IMG/VR virus record: IMGVR_UViG_3300021963_000034
Span: 32,001-96,000 of that record
Source: a virus
Direction: 5' to 3' (one strand)
DNA length: 64,000 bases
In this document: piece after piece, positions 49,325 to 60,302 of the stretch
Position numbering within the stretch: position 1 is the stretch's first letter
How the letters are laid out: each line of letters starts with the position of its first letter
Translations under genes and position numbers: made by a program
The notes under the pieces: model-generated
What the model was told of the DNA's origin: nothing
Database searches by the model: none
The model's input: the letters and a program-made list of their open reading frames with translations, nothing else

Positions 49325-49969
49325 ATGTACGCACTCGTTAATGGTCAAGAATTAAGATTAGGACCAATTGCATTCAACTATAGAATGATTAATGATGAAC
49401 TAGAAGAACTTGAAGTTGATTTTAGAGTAAAATCTTCTGATTATCAATCAGTTCCTATTTCGGTTACTGATGATATTAAAATTCTTCCTGCGAGATATGA
49501 TAATCCAGAGTATGACCCAAGATTTGAAGGTCTTTCAAATGTATCTCACGAAATCACTGAAACTGAAGTAATTTTTAGACACGATAAGGGTTTTAAATCA
49601 CTTCAACAAATTAAGGATGAATATAAGGCAGCAGTAAAACCAGAAAGACAAAGAAAAGAAAACACTACAATTTCTCTAACTGTAAAAGATACTGAAATTA
49701 CAGTATCAACAAGTAGAGAAAGTAGAATTGAATTGATGTCTAAACTTCTTGGTAATGAAGGTCCTTATAATTTCAAGTTTGCGAATGGTGTATGGGTAGA
49801 AGTGACTAAAGTAGATCTTCAAACTATTATTGCTGCAATTGATGTAAAAGTTCAAGAAGCATATGATTGGGAACTTGCAAAACTTCAAGAAATTGATGCT
49901 TGTGAAACAAAAGAAGCAGTTTATGAAGTTGAAATTACTCCACCTCCAGCAGAAAATCCTGTAGTCTGA
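49325..49969 (+). CDS. DUF4376-like tail fibre assembly protein
   Basis: [31 protein letters not shown]. Confidence 0.7.
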   Translation: MYALVNGQELRLGPIAFNYRMINDELEELEVDFRVKSSDYQSVPISVTDDIKILPARYDNPEYDPRFEGLSNVSHEITETEVIFRHDKGFKSLQQIKDEYKAAVKPERQRKENTTISLTVKDTEITVSTSRESRIELMSKLLGNEGPYNFKFANGVWVEVTKVDLQTIIAAIDVKVQEAYDWELAKLQEIDACETKEAVYEVEITPPPAENPVV

Positions 49970-49970
49970 T

Positions 49971-51185
49971 ATGCCAAATCCAACCACTAATTTTAAAGAT
50001 GATTATGGTACTGATTTAGGTAATAAATTAATTACCAAAGAATATTTGATGACTGTTTATCCGCAGATTGGTAATCAATTAATCACTCCGGAATTGTGGG
50101 TTTGGGGGCTTAATTCTTATGGACAACTAGGAGACAATACAACATCCAATAGACGCACTCCAGTCACAACACTGGCAGGAGGGTCCAACTGGAAACAAGT
50201 TTCTGGTGGTGGTAATTATATAGCAGCAATCAAAACCGATGGAACTCTATGGACTTGGGGTCGTAATAATCAAGGACAACTAGGAGACAATACAACAACC
50301 AATAGATCCACTCCAGTCACCACATTCGCTGGAGGATCCAATTGGAAACAAGTTGGTGGTGGAAGTTTTCATACAACAGCAATCAAAACCGATGGAACCC
50401 TATGGACTTGGGGTTTTAATTATTATGGACAACTAGGAGACAATACAACAACCAATAGATCCACTCCAGTCACCACATTCGCGGGAGGATCCAATTGGAA
50501 ACAAGTTTCTGGTTCTTTTCAAGGTAATATTACAGCAGCAATCAAAACTGATGGAACTCTATGGACTTGGGGTCGTAATAATCAAGGACAACTAGGAGAC
50601 AATACAACAACCAATAGATCCACTCCAGTCACCACATTCGCTGGAGGATCCAATTGGAAACAAGTTTCTTGTGGAGGTTATTTCATATCAGCAATCAAAA
50701 CAGATGGAACCCTATGGACTTGGGGTTTTAATTCTTCTGGACAACTAGGAGACAATACAACAACCACTAGATCCACTCCAGTCACAACATTCGCTGGAGG
50801 ATCCAATTGGAAACAAGTTTCTGGTGCATCTAGTCATACAGCAGCAATCAAAACTGATGGAACTCTATGGATTTGGGGTGCTGGTACTACTGGACGACTA
50901 GGAAACAATACAACAACCACTAGTTCCACTCCAGTTACAACATTCGCAGGAGGAACCAACTGGAAACAAGTTTTTGCTGGAGTAAATAATACAGTAGCAA
51001 TCAAAACAGATGGAACCTTATGGACTTGGGGTTCTAATTCTTATGGACAAGTAGGAACCAATAATACAACCACTAGTTCCATTCCAGTCACAACATTCGC
51101 AGGAGGAACCAACTGGAAACAAGTTGCTGGTGGTGGTAATCATATAACAGCAATCAAAACCTCTGACGATTTACAAGGAATCTAA
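49971..51185 (+). CDS. RCC1-repeat beta-propeller #2
   Basis: Seven blades; distinct N-terminus. Confidence 0.92.
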   Translation: MPNPTTNFKDDYGTDLGNKLITKEYLMTVYPQIGNQLITPELWVWGLNSYGQLGDNTTSNRRTPVTTLAGGSNWKQVSGGGNYIAAIKTDGTLWTWGRNNQGQLGDNTTTNRSTPVTTFAGGSNWKQVGGGSFHTTAIKTDGTLWTWGFNYYGQLGDNTTTNRSTPVTTFAGGSNWKQVSGSFQGNITAAIKTDGTLWTWGRNNQGQLGDNTTTNRSTPVTTFAGGSNWKQVSCGGYFISAIKTDGTLWTWGFNSSGQLGDNTTTTRSTPVTTFAGGSNWKQVSGASSHTAAIKTDGTLWIWGAGTTGRLGNNTTTTSSTPVTTFAGGTNWKQVFAGVNNTVAIKTDGTLWTWGSNSYGQVGTNNTTTSSIPVTTFAGGTNWKQVAGGGNHITAIKTSDDLQGI

Positions 51186-51209
51186 ATACTTTCAAATACA
51201 ATATTCTAT

Positions 51210-52559
51210 ATGAATCCACTTGAATTGGTTGCAAAGACCTTATATTCATTCAAAGAACAGCAACTAACTTTTGAATTACTTGATGCCTTTGGAAAACAAG
51301 CACAAGTATTTTCACAGTATGATGAAATTGCAAAGATATTTTTTGAACTTAAAAACTTCTCCAAAGCAATTGAATATGGAGAAAAATCTCTTAAACTAGC
51401 ACAAACAAAAGAGGAAAAATATACCACCTCTATGAATTTGATTAATGCTTATAATCAATCAAATCATCCAGAGAAGTCTATTACTCAAATTGAAAAGTGC
51501 AAAAAGATTAATCCGCAAGATACTGAACTTCTTCTGGAAGAAACCTTTGCATATTCTGCACTCAATCAAAAAGAGAAATCAGAAAAACTTCTCTTCAATC
51601 TTCTTCAAAGAAAACTACCAGAAGAGATTGAACGAAAAGCATATCATAATCTATCCGGACATTATTTCCGTAAGGATGATATTCATACAGGACTTCAACA
51701 CTTTCTCAAAGCAGGAGAAGTAGAAGCATATAAAAATCAAAAGCATCCTGATTTTGAGAAGTGGGATGGAACAATTACACCAGGAAGAACTGTAATTATT
51801 GATAATCAATGTGGTGCTGGTGATGAAGTCATTCATATTCGGTTTATGAAACACCTCAAAGACTTGGGAATGAAACCAATTTGGAGTTCTACTCGTAGAG
51901 AACTTGTAGAACTCTTCAAACATAATGGTTATGATGCCGTTTGTATTTGGGACAAACCAGAGTTTCCAAAAGATGCCTGTTGGGTTTATGGTCTTGCACT
52001 TCCTTATTATCTCAATCTCGAATTGAAAGATATTGGAAGAGAACCATATCTCCAAACACTCCCAGAGTATGATAAGAAGTGGGAATGGATGAAAGAAGAT
52101 ACTGGACATAAAGTTGGTATATTCTGGGCATCCAGTTCTGGTTTTGAACAGAACTCTTTCCGTTCGGTGGAACTCAAAGATTATATGAGTGTTCTTGGAA
52201 ACAAAGGATATTCTCTGTATTCACTTCAAACTCATACTGATAACAAAGATGCAAATGATTATCCAGAAATCAAACAATCACTATCAGTTCCTAATAGAGA
52301 GTTTGCTGATACATTCTCAATCATTAAGAACCTGGATTTGGTGGTGACTTCTTGTAGTTTTGTCGCTCACGTTGCAGCATCATTAGGTAAAGAAGTTTGT
52401 GTCTTTGTTCCAATTATGGAATATTATGTTTGGACTTCTTCTACTGGAAAGTGTATGTGGTATGGAGATAACGTTCATCTCTTCCGCCAAAAGAAACCAA
52501 GAACTTGGGATGCACCCATCAAAGAGTTTTGGGAGTTTATGAATGATAGAAGAGTATAA
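51210..52559 (+). CDS. TPR-containing GT-B (GT9-like) glycosyltransferase
   Basis: N-terminal TPR-like helices; WDG..QCGAGDEVIHIRF; VGIFW; YSLQ; FADTFSIIKNLDLVVTSCSFVAHVAASLGK. Confidence 0.85.
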   Translation: MNPLELVAKTLYSFKEQQLTFELLDAFGKQAQVFSQYDEIAKIFFELKNFSKAIEYGEKSLKLAQTKEEKYTTSMNLINAYNQSNHPEKSITQIEKCKKINPQDTELLLEETFAYSALNQKEKSEKLLFNLLQRKLPEEIERKAYHNLSGHYFRKDDIHTGLQHFLKAGEVEAYKNQKHPDFEKWDGTITPGRTVIIDNQCGAGDEVIHIRFMKHLKDLGMKPIWSSTRRELVELFKHNGYDAVCIWDKPEFPKDACWVYGLALPYYLNLELKDIGREPYLQTLPEYDKKWEWMKEDTGHKVGIFWASSSGFEQNSFRSVELKDYMSVLGNKGYSLYSLQTHTDNKDANDYPEIKQSLSVPNREFADTFSIIKNLDLVVTSCSFVAHVAASLGKEVCVFVPIMEYYVWTSSTGKCMWYGDNVHLFRQKKPRTWDAPIKEFWEFMNDRRV

Positions 52560-53001
52560 TTTATCCTTTCTCAACCTCAATTCCATCAAGAACAAACTAC
52601 TACAAATACAAACTGCTTCTCACGGACTTGTAACAAAAGGTGTTTCCACCTATAATCACGGAATGCCTACTTTGATGTATCCAGAACTGACTGGATTAAA
52701 AAATATTTTCAAACAATATGTTAGAATATATTGTAGAAAGTATGAGATTCCACCTTTAAAGTTTATCAATAGTTGGTTTAATATTTCACAACCAGGAAAT
52801 AAACTCAAAGCACATAAGCACGAAGAAAGTGTTGTGAGTGGAGCATTTTATATTTCTGGTGCAACTCCACTTATCTTTCCAGATACATCAATCAAACCAT
52901 ATCCTGGTTTGTTAGTCATCTTTTCAAGTGATTTAGTTCATTACACAGAAGAAGAAACAGAAGAAAGAATTATTATTAGTTTTAATACAGACTACCTATG
53001 A
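52543..53001 (+). CDS. Putative 2OG-Fe(II) oxygenase
   Basis: SWFNI, HKH..VSGAFY, GLLVIFSS.LVH, RIIISFN. Confidence 0.85.
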   Translation: MIEEYNLSFLNLNSIKNKLLQIQTASHGLVTKGVSTYNHGMPTLMYPELTGLKNIFKQYVRIYCRKYEIPPLKFINSWFNISQPGNKLKAHKHEESVVSGAFYISGATPLIFPDTSIKPYPGLLVIFSSDLVHYTEEETEERIIISFNTDYL

Positions 53002-53681
53002 GATTTCATACTTTTTATACCAAAAATCTTTCAGAACAACTGATAGAAGACCATAAGAAAGTCTGTAATCATATTGGCATTGATGTGACTTATCATATTC
53101 AAGATGCAATAGATGATTATGATACTCTTTATACCGCTCACGGAAAGTTTATGACTTCTGTAATGGAGCAGGAAGAGGTTGCTTGTTTTCTTGATATTGA
53201 TTGTCTTCCGCATAATAAAGAACTTCTGGAAAGAGCATACAACTGGGCAATAGAAAATAAATCTTTTGTCGGAAATGCTCAAAACATTTCTCATACGCAA
53301 ATGAGAAATCATATCTATGCTGCTGCTTCTTGTTTAATTGTAACGAAAGATGCCTGGAATACTTTGGGTAATCCAGACTTTTCCTGGTTTATGCAGAATG
53401 AAGTTCAAATAGATACTGCACAACTTCTCACATTAAGAGCAGACCAAATTGGAATGCCCTATCAATTAATGTATCCTGTTGGTTATGATGGTCCAGAAGA
53501 ATATAAACTTTCTGGATATGGAATATATGGAACAGGAACTTTATACCCAGCAACTTGGCATTATTTTAGAATCAGTAAGTTCAAGGATCAAATACCAGAC
53601 CTTTGGACAACTCGTGTAAATAATATATTAGAAGGTCAAAAGATTATTCCAAATTATTCATCGTGTTTTTATGAACTATAA
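52998..53681 (+). CDS. Putative GT-A glycosyltransferase
   Basis: ACFLDIDCLP DxD motif. Confidence 0.6.
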   Translation: MRFHTFYTKNLSEQLIEDHKKVCNHIGIDVTYHIQDAIDDYDTLYTAHGKFMTSVMEQEEVACFLDIDCLPHNKELLERAYNWAIENKSFVGNAQNISHTQMRNHIYAAASCLIVTKDAWNTLGNPDFSWFMQNEVQIDTAQLLTLRADQIGMPYQLMYPVGYDGPEEYKLSGYGIYGTGTLYPATWHYFRISKFKDQIPDLWTTRVNNILEGQKIIPNYSSCFYEL

Positions 53682-54438
53682 GTTTTTGTTTTTAGTTGGG
53701 TCTGCAATTAATCATTTTAAAGAGGATGATTTGAGTGCTTTTAAAGCAGAAGAAAGATTTCAACAGACATTAGATACTATTCAGTCAATTAAGAATAAAG
53801 TTCCAGATGCTTATATTTTAATCTACGAAGGCTCTGAAACTCCTATCAAAGATGAGTATAAAGATATTCTGAGACAGAAATCTGATTTGTTTATTCAGTG
53901 TGGTAGTGACCCTTATATGAAATCTTTGTATGAGAACATTCACAAAGACCCACCAAAGTTCACATTTGTAAAATCTATGCTTGAGTGTAGATGTTTACAG
54001 ATTGTTCTGAATCATATGAGACAGCACAATATCTTTAATGATGTCACAAGAGTGTTTAAGTTGACTGGTCGGTATACTCTTAATGATAACTTTGACATCA
54101 ATGACTACAAGAGTAAATTCTTAATCAATAAGTATGTGATGAAATATTATGACTACAAAGAAAGATTTGAGGAGATGGATGATATCTATGTTTCTCTCTT
54201 TGGATGTAAAGGAACAACCGTAACTGGATTGTGGTCCTTTGACCGATTCTTATTCAATGATATTTTTAATGTTCTTCAGAAGAGTTTTGAATATATGGAA
54301 AGAGCAATTCAGTTAACTTGTGGTATGGACATTGAACATTCTTTCTATCACTTTATCAAGAGAGATGATATCATAAATGTTCCTATTCTTGGTGTTGATG
54401 TAGTTAAAGGTATGGATGGAGACAGATTTTCATTATGA
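53671..54438 (+). CDS. Glycosyltransferase-like hypothetical protein
   Basis: ERFQQTLDTIQSI, RVFKLTGRY, DIEHSFY. Confidence 0.55.
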   Translation: MNYKFLFLVGSAINHFKEDDLSAFKAEERFQQTLDTIQSIKNKVPDAYILIYEGSETPIKDEYKDILRQKSDLFIQCGSDPYMKSLYENIHKDPPKFTFVKSMLECRCLQIVLNHMRQHNIFNDVTRVFKLTGRYTLNDNFDINDYKSKFLINKYVMKYYDYKERFEEMDDIYVSLFGCKGTTVTGLWSFDRFLFNDIFNVLQKSFEYMERAIQLTCGMDIEHSFYHFIKRDDIINVPILGVDVVKGMDGDRFSL

Positions 54439-55091
54439 AACTCGCAATCTTTTATCATACTTTTCAAAATGAAATATCTGCTTTCATTTATCAACAACAA
54501 ATCAATCGTCTTTATGTGACTGGATTAATGAATGCTGTTGATTATATGCATATTGGTGTAAATGGAAATAACGAGTTATTCAATGTTCCATCTAAAGCAA
54601 AAGTTGTATACAATCAAAATCAAAAAGAAGAAACAGAAACATTGATTGCATTAAAAGATTTTGCATACGAAAATCCAGATTATAAAATTTTATATTTTCA
54701 CACTAAAGGTGCAAGTAAGGGAACTTTGATTGCAAATGCTTGGAGATTGATGATGGAGTATTTTGTAATTGATAAGTGGAAAGAGTGTGTGGAAATGTTG
54801 GATGAATATGATTGTGTTGGTTCAAATCTAAATCCCGTGGGAGAAACTTTATGGAGTGATGGCACAACAACTATACCAGTAGAAGGAACTTATAATTTTA
54901 CTGGAAATTTCTGGTGGGCAACTGCGAAACACATTCAATCATTAGATCATAAATTTTTGACAAGTGATTATCGTATAGATAGAGAACTATGGATTGGAAG
55001 TAATCCAAACTCAAATCCCGGAACCATTTATCAACCGGGAGTATATGAGTCCTATGAACATTTCTACATGGAGGAAGATTATGTTTCGTAA
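54435..55091 (+). CDS. Glycosyltransferase-like protein
   Basis: ILYFHTKG, WRLMMEYF, GNFWWA, ELWIG. Confidence 0.6.
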   Translation: MKLAIFYHTFQNEISAFIYQQQINRLYVTGLMNAVDYMHIGVNGNNELFNVPSKAKVVYNQNQKEETETLIALKDFAYENPDYKILYFHTKGASKGTLIANAWRLMMEYFVIDKWKECVEMLDEYDCVGSNLNPVGETLWSDGTTTIPVEGTYNFTGNFWWATAKHIQSLDHKFLTSDYRIDRELWIGSNPNSNPGTIYQPGVYESYEHFYMEEDYVS

Positions 55092-55452
55092 TTGTGGAGA
55101 ATGTACTGCTTGTTGCACTTGGTTACAAGGTTCTGCTTATGGATATGAGTTTGGTGGTGGAAAGTCTTGTAAGTTTTTATGTGAGACTGGGTGTAGTGTT
55201 CATAAGGCAAGACCAAAATTATGTGAGGGATATTTTTGTGCTTGGGCTCAAGAACTCATAACAGAAGAAATGAGACCTGATAAATGTGGTGTTCTTGTTT
55301 CTGTTGAAAATAATGAGAACGGACAATATCTCAAATTGGTTTCTACTCAAGAAGAAATAAATAAAGATATATTAGAATATTTTAGAAATTGGAGTAGTAT
55401 AATGAATACTCCTGTGATTTATTCAAACAATAATTCCTGGGAAGTCCTCTAA
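55081..55452 (+). CDS. CxxCxxCC (YkgJ-like) metal-binding protein
   Basis: CGECTACC..CKFL..GCSVH..RP..C..YFCAW..RPDKCG. Confidence 0.75.
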   Translation: MFRNCGECTACCTWLQGSAYGYEFGGGKSCKFLCETGCSVHKARPKLCEGYFCAWAQELITEEMRPDKCGVLVSVENNENGQYLKLVSTQEEINKDILEYFRNWSSIMNTPVIYSNNNSWEVL

Positions 55453-56627
55453 TGCCTACTTTTTACAATTACACAGAGAATGGTGCAGTATATTCTTTTG
55501 ATGATGTCTTTGTTCCTGCTGATGCTTTTAGGCAGGGGAACTTATGGACTTGGGGTAATAATTCTTCTGGACGACTAGGAGACAATACAGCACCCAATAG
55601 ATCCACTCCAGTCACAACACTTGCTGGCGGAGCAAACTGGAAACAAGTTTTTGCTGGAGTAAATAATACAGTAGCAATCAAAACAGATGGAACCCTATGG
55701 ACTTGGGGTTATAATATTGGTGGACAACTAGGAGACAATACAACAACTGATAGATCCACTCCAGTCACCACATTCGCAGGAGGAACTAACTGGAAACAAG
55801 TAAGTGCAGGAAATCTACATACATTAGCAATCAAAACTGATGGAACCTTATGGACTTGGGGGAGTAATGCTTATGGACAACTAGGAGACAATACATCAAC
55901 CAATAGATCCACTCCAGTCACTACATTCGCAGGAGGAACCAACTGGAAACAAGTTGCTTGTGGTCAAATTCATACAGCAGCAATTAAAACCGATGGAACC
56001 TTATGGACTTGGGGTCGTAATCTTAGTGGGCAAGTAGGAGACAATACAACAACCAGTAGATTCACTCCAGTCACCACATTCGCAGGAGGAACTAACTGGA
56101 AACAAGTAAGTGCAGGAAGTCTACATACATTAGCAATCAAAACTGATGGAACCTTATGGACTTGGGGTCGTAATAATAGTGGACAACTAGGAGACAATGC
56201 AGCAACTGATAGATCCACTCCAGTAACAACATTCGCTGGAGGAAATAATTGGAAACAAGTTGCTTTTAGTGCTAATGGATATCATACTGCAGCAATTAAA
56301 ACCGATGGAACCTTATGGACTTGGGGTCGTAATCTTAGTGGACAACTAGGAGACAATGCAGCAACTGATAGATCCACTCCAGTAACAACATTCGCAGGAG
56401 GAACTAACTGGAAACAAGTTGCTAGTGCTGGCAATTATACAGCAGCAGTCAAAACTGATGGAACCTTATGGACTTGGGGTCGTAATAGTAGTGGACAACT
56501 AGGAGACAATACAACAACCAATAGATCCACTCCAGTAACAACATTCGCAGGAGGAAATAATTGGAAACAAGTTGCTAGTGGATATTCTCATACAGCAGCA
56601 ACAACCTACATAGATGATTATCAGTAA
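55452..56627 (+). CDS. RCC1-repeat beta-propeller #3
   Basis: Seven blades; distinct N-terminus. Confidence 0.92.
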   Translation: MPTFYNYTENGAVYSFDDVFVPADAFRQGNLWTWGNNSSGRLGDNTAPNRSTPVTTLAGGANWKQVFAGVNNTVAIKTDGTLWTWGYNIGGQLGDNTTTDRSTPVTTFAGGTNWKQVSAGNLHTLAIKTDGTLWTWGSNAYGQLGDNTSTNRSTPVTTFAGGTNWKQVACGQIHTAAIKTDGTLWTWGRNLSGQVGDNTTTSRFTPVTTFAGGTNWKQVSAGSLHTLAIKTDGTLWTWGRNNSGQLGDNAATDRSTPVTTFAGGNNWKQVAFSANGYHTAAIKTDGTLWTWGRNLSGQLGDNAATDRSTPVTTFAGGTNWKQVASAGNYTAAVKTDGTLWTWGRNSSGQLGDNTTTNRSTPVTTFAGGNNWKQVASGYSHTAATTYIDDYQ

Positions 56628-56644
56628 AACATTATTTCTTAATT

Positions 56645-57427
56645 ATGAAAACATTATTTTTCCTTTCTGGTCTTCCAAGATCAGGTTCTACTTTACTTGG
56701 ATCAATTCTTTCACAACATCCAAAACTCCAAGCAACTCCAACATCACCACTTGCCGATTTGCTCTGTTGGATTGATGAGGGTTTTTCAAAGATAGACTTA
56801 CAATATACTTACGATAAACAACAGATACAATACAATACATATAATTCAATACTTGAAAACTTCTACAATCACATAGAGAAACCTTGCATTCTTGATAAGC
56901 ATCGTGGTTGGTGTAAGAATGTATCTTCTATTGAAAAGTTTCTCAAACAGAAACCAAAAATCATTGCAACAAACAGAAGAATAAGTGAAGTTCTTGCTTC
57001 TTATATTCTACTCATTCAAAGAAATAATGAAGCAGATAATTTTGTAGATGCACATTTGAGAAGAGAGGGAAAGCTCATTACCACAGATAATCGTATTGAG
57101 TGTTTATGGAAGAATTATGTTTGCGATCCTTATGAGAGTTTGGTTTATGGTTTGACTAATTATAGGGACAATATTCATCTTGTAGATTATAATAATCTTA
57201 CACAAGACCCAGAACAAGAACTTAAAAAGATTTATGAGTTTCTAGAAATAGAAAATCATTCACACGATTTTTCTAATATCTTTAATACTTGTGCCGAAGA
57301 AAAGGACCACGAATGGGGTATTGATAATCTTCATCAAATTCGCACCAAACTTCAAAGAACTTCACCACCACCAGAAGAAGTGATTGGTGAAGAAAATGTA
57401 AAACTTTATGATAAATTTAATCTATGA
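56645..57427 (+). CDS. Sulfotransferase
   Basis: FFLSGLPRSGSTLL..ILSQHP PAPS-binding loop. Confidence 0.92.
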   Translation: MKTLFFLSGLPRSGSTLLGSILSQHPKLQATPTSPLADLLCWIDEGFSKIDLQYTYDKQQIQYNTYNSILENFYNHIEKPCILDKHRGWCKNVSSIEKFLKQKPKIIATNRRISEVLASYILLIQRNNEADNFVDAHLRREGKLITTDNRIECLWKNYVCDPYESLVYGLTNYRDNIHLVDYNNLTQDPEQELKKIYEFLEIENHSHDFSNIFNTCAEEKDHEWGIDNLHQIRTKLQRTSPPPEEVIGEENVKLYDKFNL

Positions 57428-58110
57428 TTGAAGTATTTTTAAGACACTGCTACACATCCAAAGTAAATCTTTCGGGAGCAAATCGTCCAGAGTGGTGGGA
57501 TAAAGAAAAGGTATTTCAAAATTTCAAGAATACCCTCAATCCAGAAACCACTAACTATACAATCATCTTTGATGAGTGTTATGGAAAGCAGAAAGATACA
57601 TTTCTCAAAAATGAGAATGCAGTAACTATTAATTGTGGTAAAGAAAGTGAAAGTTTCTGTAAGACACTGGACCACATTCTTTCACAAGACTTTGATGATG
57701 ATACAATCATTTATTTCCTTGAAGATGATTATGTACATCGTCCAAACTGGGATAGAGCCCTCATAGATGGATTTACTCTACCTGTTCAGTATGTAACCTT
57801 ATATGATCACGGAGATAAGTATCAGGAGATGTATAAGGACTTTATGACGAAAGTTCTTGCAACAAAATATTCTCACTGGATGCCAACTCCATCAACTACA
57901 AATACCTTTGCAATGAAGTTCAAGACACTCAAAGAAGATAAAGAAGTTCATAAACACTTCTCAACTGGTTTTGAACCTTCCGCAGATCACGGTAAATTTT
58001 TAGAACTACATAAGAGAGGAAGAAATTTAATTTCAAGTATTCCTGGTTATTCTACACACGCACATAAAGACTTTTTATCACCTTGTATTGATTGGAGCAC
58101 ATATCTATGA
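57424..58110 (+). CDS. GT-A glycosyltransferase-like protein
   Basis: IYFLEDDYVH, YVTLYDH.DKY, STTNTF, IPGYSTH. Confidence 0.75.
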   Translation: MIEVFLRHCYTSKVNLSGANRPEWWDKEKVFQNFKNTLNPETTNYTIIFDECYGKQKDTFLKNENAVTINCGKESESFCKTLDHILSQDFDDDTIIYFLEDDYVHRPNWDRALIDGFTLPVQYVTLYDHGDKYQEMYKDFMTKVLATKYSHWMPTPSTTNTFAMKFKTLKEDKEVHKHFSTGFEPSADHGKFLELHKRGRNLISSIPGYSTHAHKDFLSPCIDWSTYL

Positions 58111-59072
58111 GAGTAACACTATATGCTATTGCAAAGAACGAAGAAAAGAATATTAAAAAATTTCTTAAAAACTCAAAGAAGTTTGACGATGTAGTTGTAG
58201 TTGATACTGGAAGCACAGACAACACCGTTCAACTACTCAAAGATGCTGGCATTAAAGTCTATGAGCATCCACAAACAAGAGAAGAGTTTGATTTTTCAGT
58301 AGCACGAAATCAGGCACTTTCTTATGTAGAAACTGATTGGGCTTTTGCACTTGACTTTAATGAAGATGTAGATGAGTTTTATCCAGAAGGATTTGGTGTA
58401 ATTGCGGATGAGTTCACTACTTTTAATCATTTGAGATTTGATGATAATGGAAAGGATGAACCAGTCCAATCAAATGAGGTTCACACAAGGTTTCATAGGA
58501 CAAAGAATTATACTTGGATCAATGCAGTTCACGAAGTTCCAAACTTTGTTCCAACAGAAGAATATTTAAATCCATCAAGTGTAGATACAACGATTAAGAT
58601 TACTAAAAAAATTCATAAGACCATAGACAAAGAACTTTTTTACTTCTCAATTTGTGAAAGAGAACACAAGAAAGATCCATCCAACTGGTATTGGATTTGG
58701 TTTATTTTCAATCATTATTTTAATGTGAATAATACAGAGAAAGCACTTGAATATGGTCAAGAATTTTTGAATGTTTCTAAACCATATTTTGATAGTTTTA
58801 GAATCATTGCTTTTATTCGTTGCAGTCAAATTCTACTTTCTATCGGAGATACTCAAAGAGGAATGAATTATGCTTTCCATGCATTGAGTGAAGCAATGAA
58901 TATGGGAGGACATCATTTAACCCAAGCCTTTAGTTATTTCTTTGAACTTTCTAAAATGATGAATAATTCAGATTTAATTGTTTTTGCAACTGCATTCAAT
59001 CCAGAAACTTTAACATCTGAAGAAAGAATAAAAGCAATTAAAAATTTATATAATAATATTGAAAGGGATTGA
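58107..59072 (+). CDS. GT2 glycosyltransferase with C-terminal TPR-like helices (SunS-like architecture)
   Basis: IAKNEEKNI, VVVDTGSTDNT, FDFSVARNQAL, VHE. Confidence 0.88.
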   Translation: MRVTLYAIAKNEEKNIKKFLKNSKKFDDVVVVDTGSTDNTVQLLKDAGIKVYEHPQTREEFDFSVARNQALSYVETDWAFALDFNEDVDEFYPEGFGVIADEFTTFNHLRFDDNGKDEPVQSNEVHTRFHRTKNYTWINAVHEVPNFVPTEEYLNPSSVDTTIKITKKIHKTIDKELFYFSICEREHKKDPSNWYWIWFIFNHYFNVNNTEKALEYGQEFLNVSKPYFDSFRIIAFIRCSQILLSIGDTQRGMNYAFHALSEAMNMGGHHLTQAFSYFFELSKMMNNSDLIVFATAFNPETLTSEERIKAIKNLYNNIERD

Positions 59073-59944
59073 ATATGAAATCAATATGTTTTTTCACAAA
59101 TGGTCATAATGGAGATATTGTTCACAGCAAATCTTTCATTCAAGAAATAACAAAACAACTTGATATACCTTGTCTCTATCATCATCATAATAATTTTAAA
59201 GTTAGTCAAGATCTTTTAGCGATTTCAACACAAATTGCTCCAAATAATTATTATGATAAGTTCATAGAAACTCCAAGTATTTTTTTCGTTAACACTTGGT
59301 TATGGCCATATCTGCTTGATAAATCTTTTGAAGATGTAAATCTCGAAACCAACTATGCGATTTATAAAAATATTTGTGAGGTTATAAATTCTAAGTTTAA
59401 TACAAATATAAAATTAAAAGAAATTGAAAATTACTTTCCTTTTATAAATTTTGATTTAGTTCAAAGAGAAAATATAAATGACTATGTTTTAAATAATAAA
59501 AATAAGAAAGTTTTATTGTGTAATGGTCCTTGTTTATCTGGACAATCTTCTTATAATGAAGATATGTCATCTATTATTGAAAATCTATCTCTGGAATATA
59601 AAAATATTACATTTATAGCAACTCAAAAATTTAATACTACCACAAATAATATTCATTTTACTGATGATATTATTAAAATAAAAGGGTGTGACTTGAATGA
59701 AATTGGATATCTATCTACTTTTTGTAGTTTGATTGTTGGTAAAAATTCAGGACCATTTTGTTATTCTACAACCAAAGATAATTATAATGATCCCGATAAA
59801 ATTTTTTATGCATTTGGGCAAAGGAAGGGTGATTGTTTTCATGGAAATATCAAAATAAAAGCAAAATTTTATTTTGATGGAGCATCTAATGATGTTATGT
59901 TGTATAATTCTATAAATTCTATTATCGAAAAAAATTTAATATGA
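59069..59944 (+). CDS. GT-B-like hypothetical protein
   Basis: HNGDI; DLNEIGYLSTFCSLIVGKNSGP. Confidence 0.6.
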   Translation: MNMKSICFFTNGHNGDIVHSKSFIQEITKQLDIPCLYHHHNNFKVSQDLLAISTQIAPNNYYDKFIETPSIFFVNTWLWPYLLDKSFEDVNLETNYAIYKNICEVINSKFNTNIKLKEIENYFPFINFDLVQRENINDYVLNNKNKKVLLCNGPCLSGQSSYNEDMSSIIENLSLEYKNITFIATQKFNTTTNNIHFTDDIIKIKGCDLNEIGYLSTFCSLIVGKNSGPFCYSTTKDNYNDPDKIFYAFGQRKGDCFHGNIKIKAKFYFDGASNDVMLYNSINSIIEKNLI

Positions 59945-60300
59945 AAATTTCAATCCCAGTATCAGTAGGTGAACTGTTTGATAAGATTTCTATTTTAGAA
60001 ATCAAAGCATTTCTCACAGACGATGAATATGTTCATAAGGAACTTGAAGACCTAAATCAAATCAAAATATTGGCAAGCACTCAATATACTTTGGAGTACG
60101 AAGTTCAATTGAAAAAGGTCAACGAAAAATTATGGAAGATTGAGGACAAACTCAGAAAACTGGAAAAAGAACAACGGTTTGATGATGAATTTATAGAACT
60201 TGCTCGTAGTGTTTATATTACAAATGATGAGCGGGCAAGGATTAAATCAAAAATTAATGAAATAACTAACTCACCTTATAGAGAAATTAAATTGTATTGA
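59941..60300 (+). CDS. DUF6165-like protein
   Basis: IPVSVGELFDKISILEIK..LWKIED..FIELARSVYITNDERARIK. Confidence 0.8.
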   Translation: MKISIPVSVGELFDKISILEIKAFLTDDEYVHKELEDLNQIKILASTQYTLEYEVQLKKVNEKLWKIEDKLRKLEKEQRFDDEFIELARSVYITNDERARIKSKINEITNSPYREIKLY

Positions 60301-60302
60301 TT

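Larger units (their letters stand above)
48185..56600 (+). repeat. 21 copies of a ~153-165 bp RCC1 blade repeat in three genes
   Basis: Near-identical DNA blocks such as GCAATCAAAACNGATGGAACCTTATGGACTTGGGG and ACTCCAGTCACCACATTCGCAGGAGGAACCAACTGGAAACAAGT. Confidence 0.95.

Noticed and set aside
48185-56600. Regular repeats with variable spacers as a CRISPR array
   Set aside because: Repeats are in-frame coding units of about 51-55 codons forming RCC1 blades
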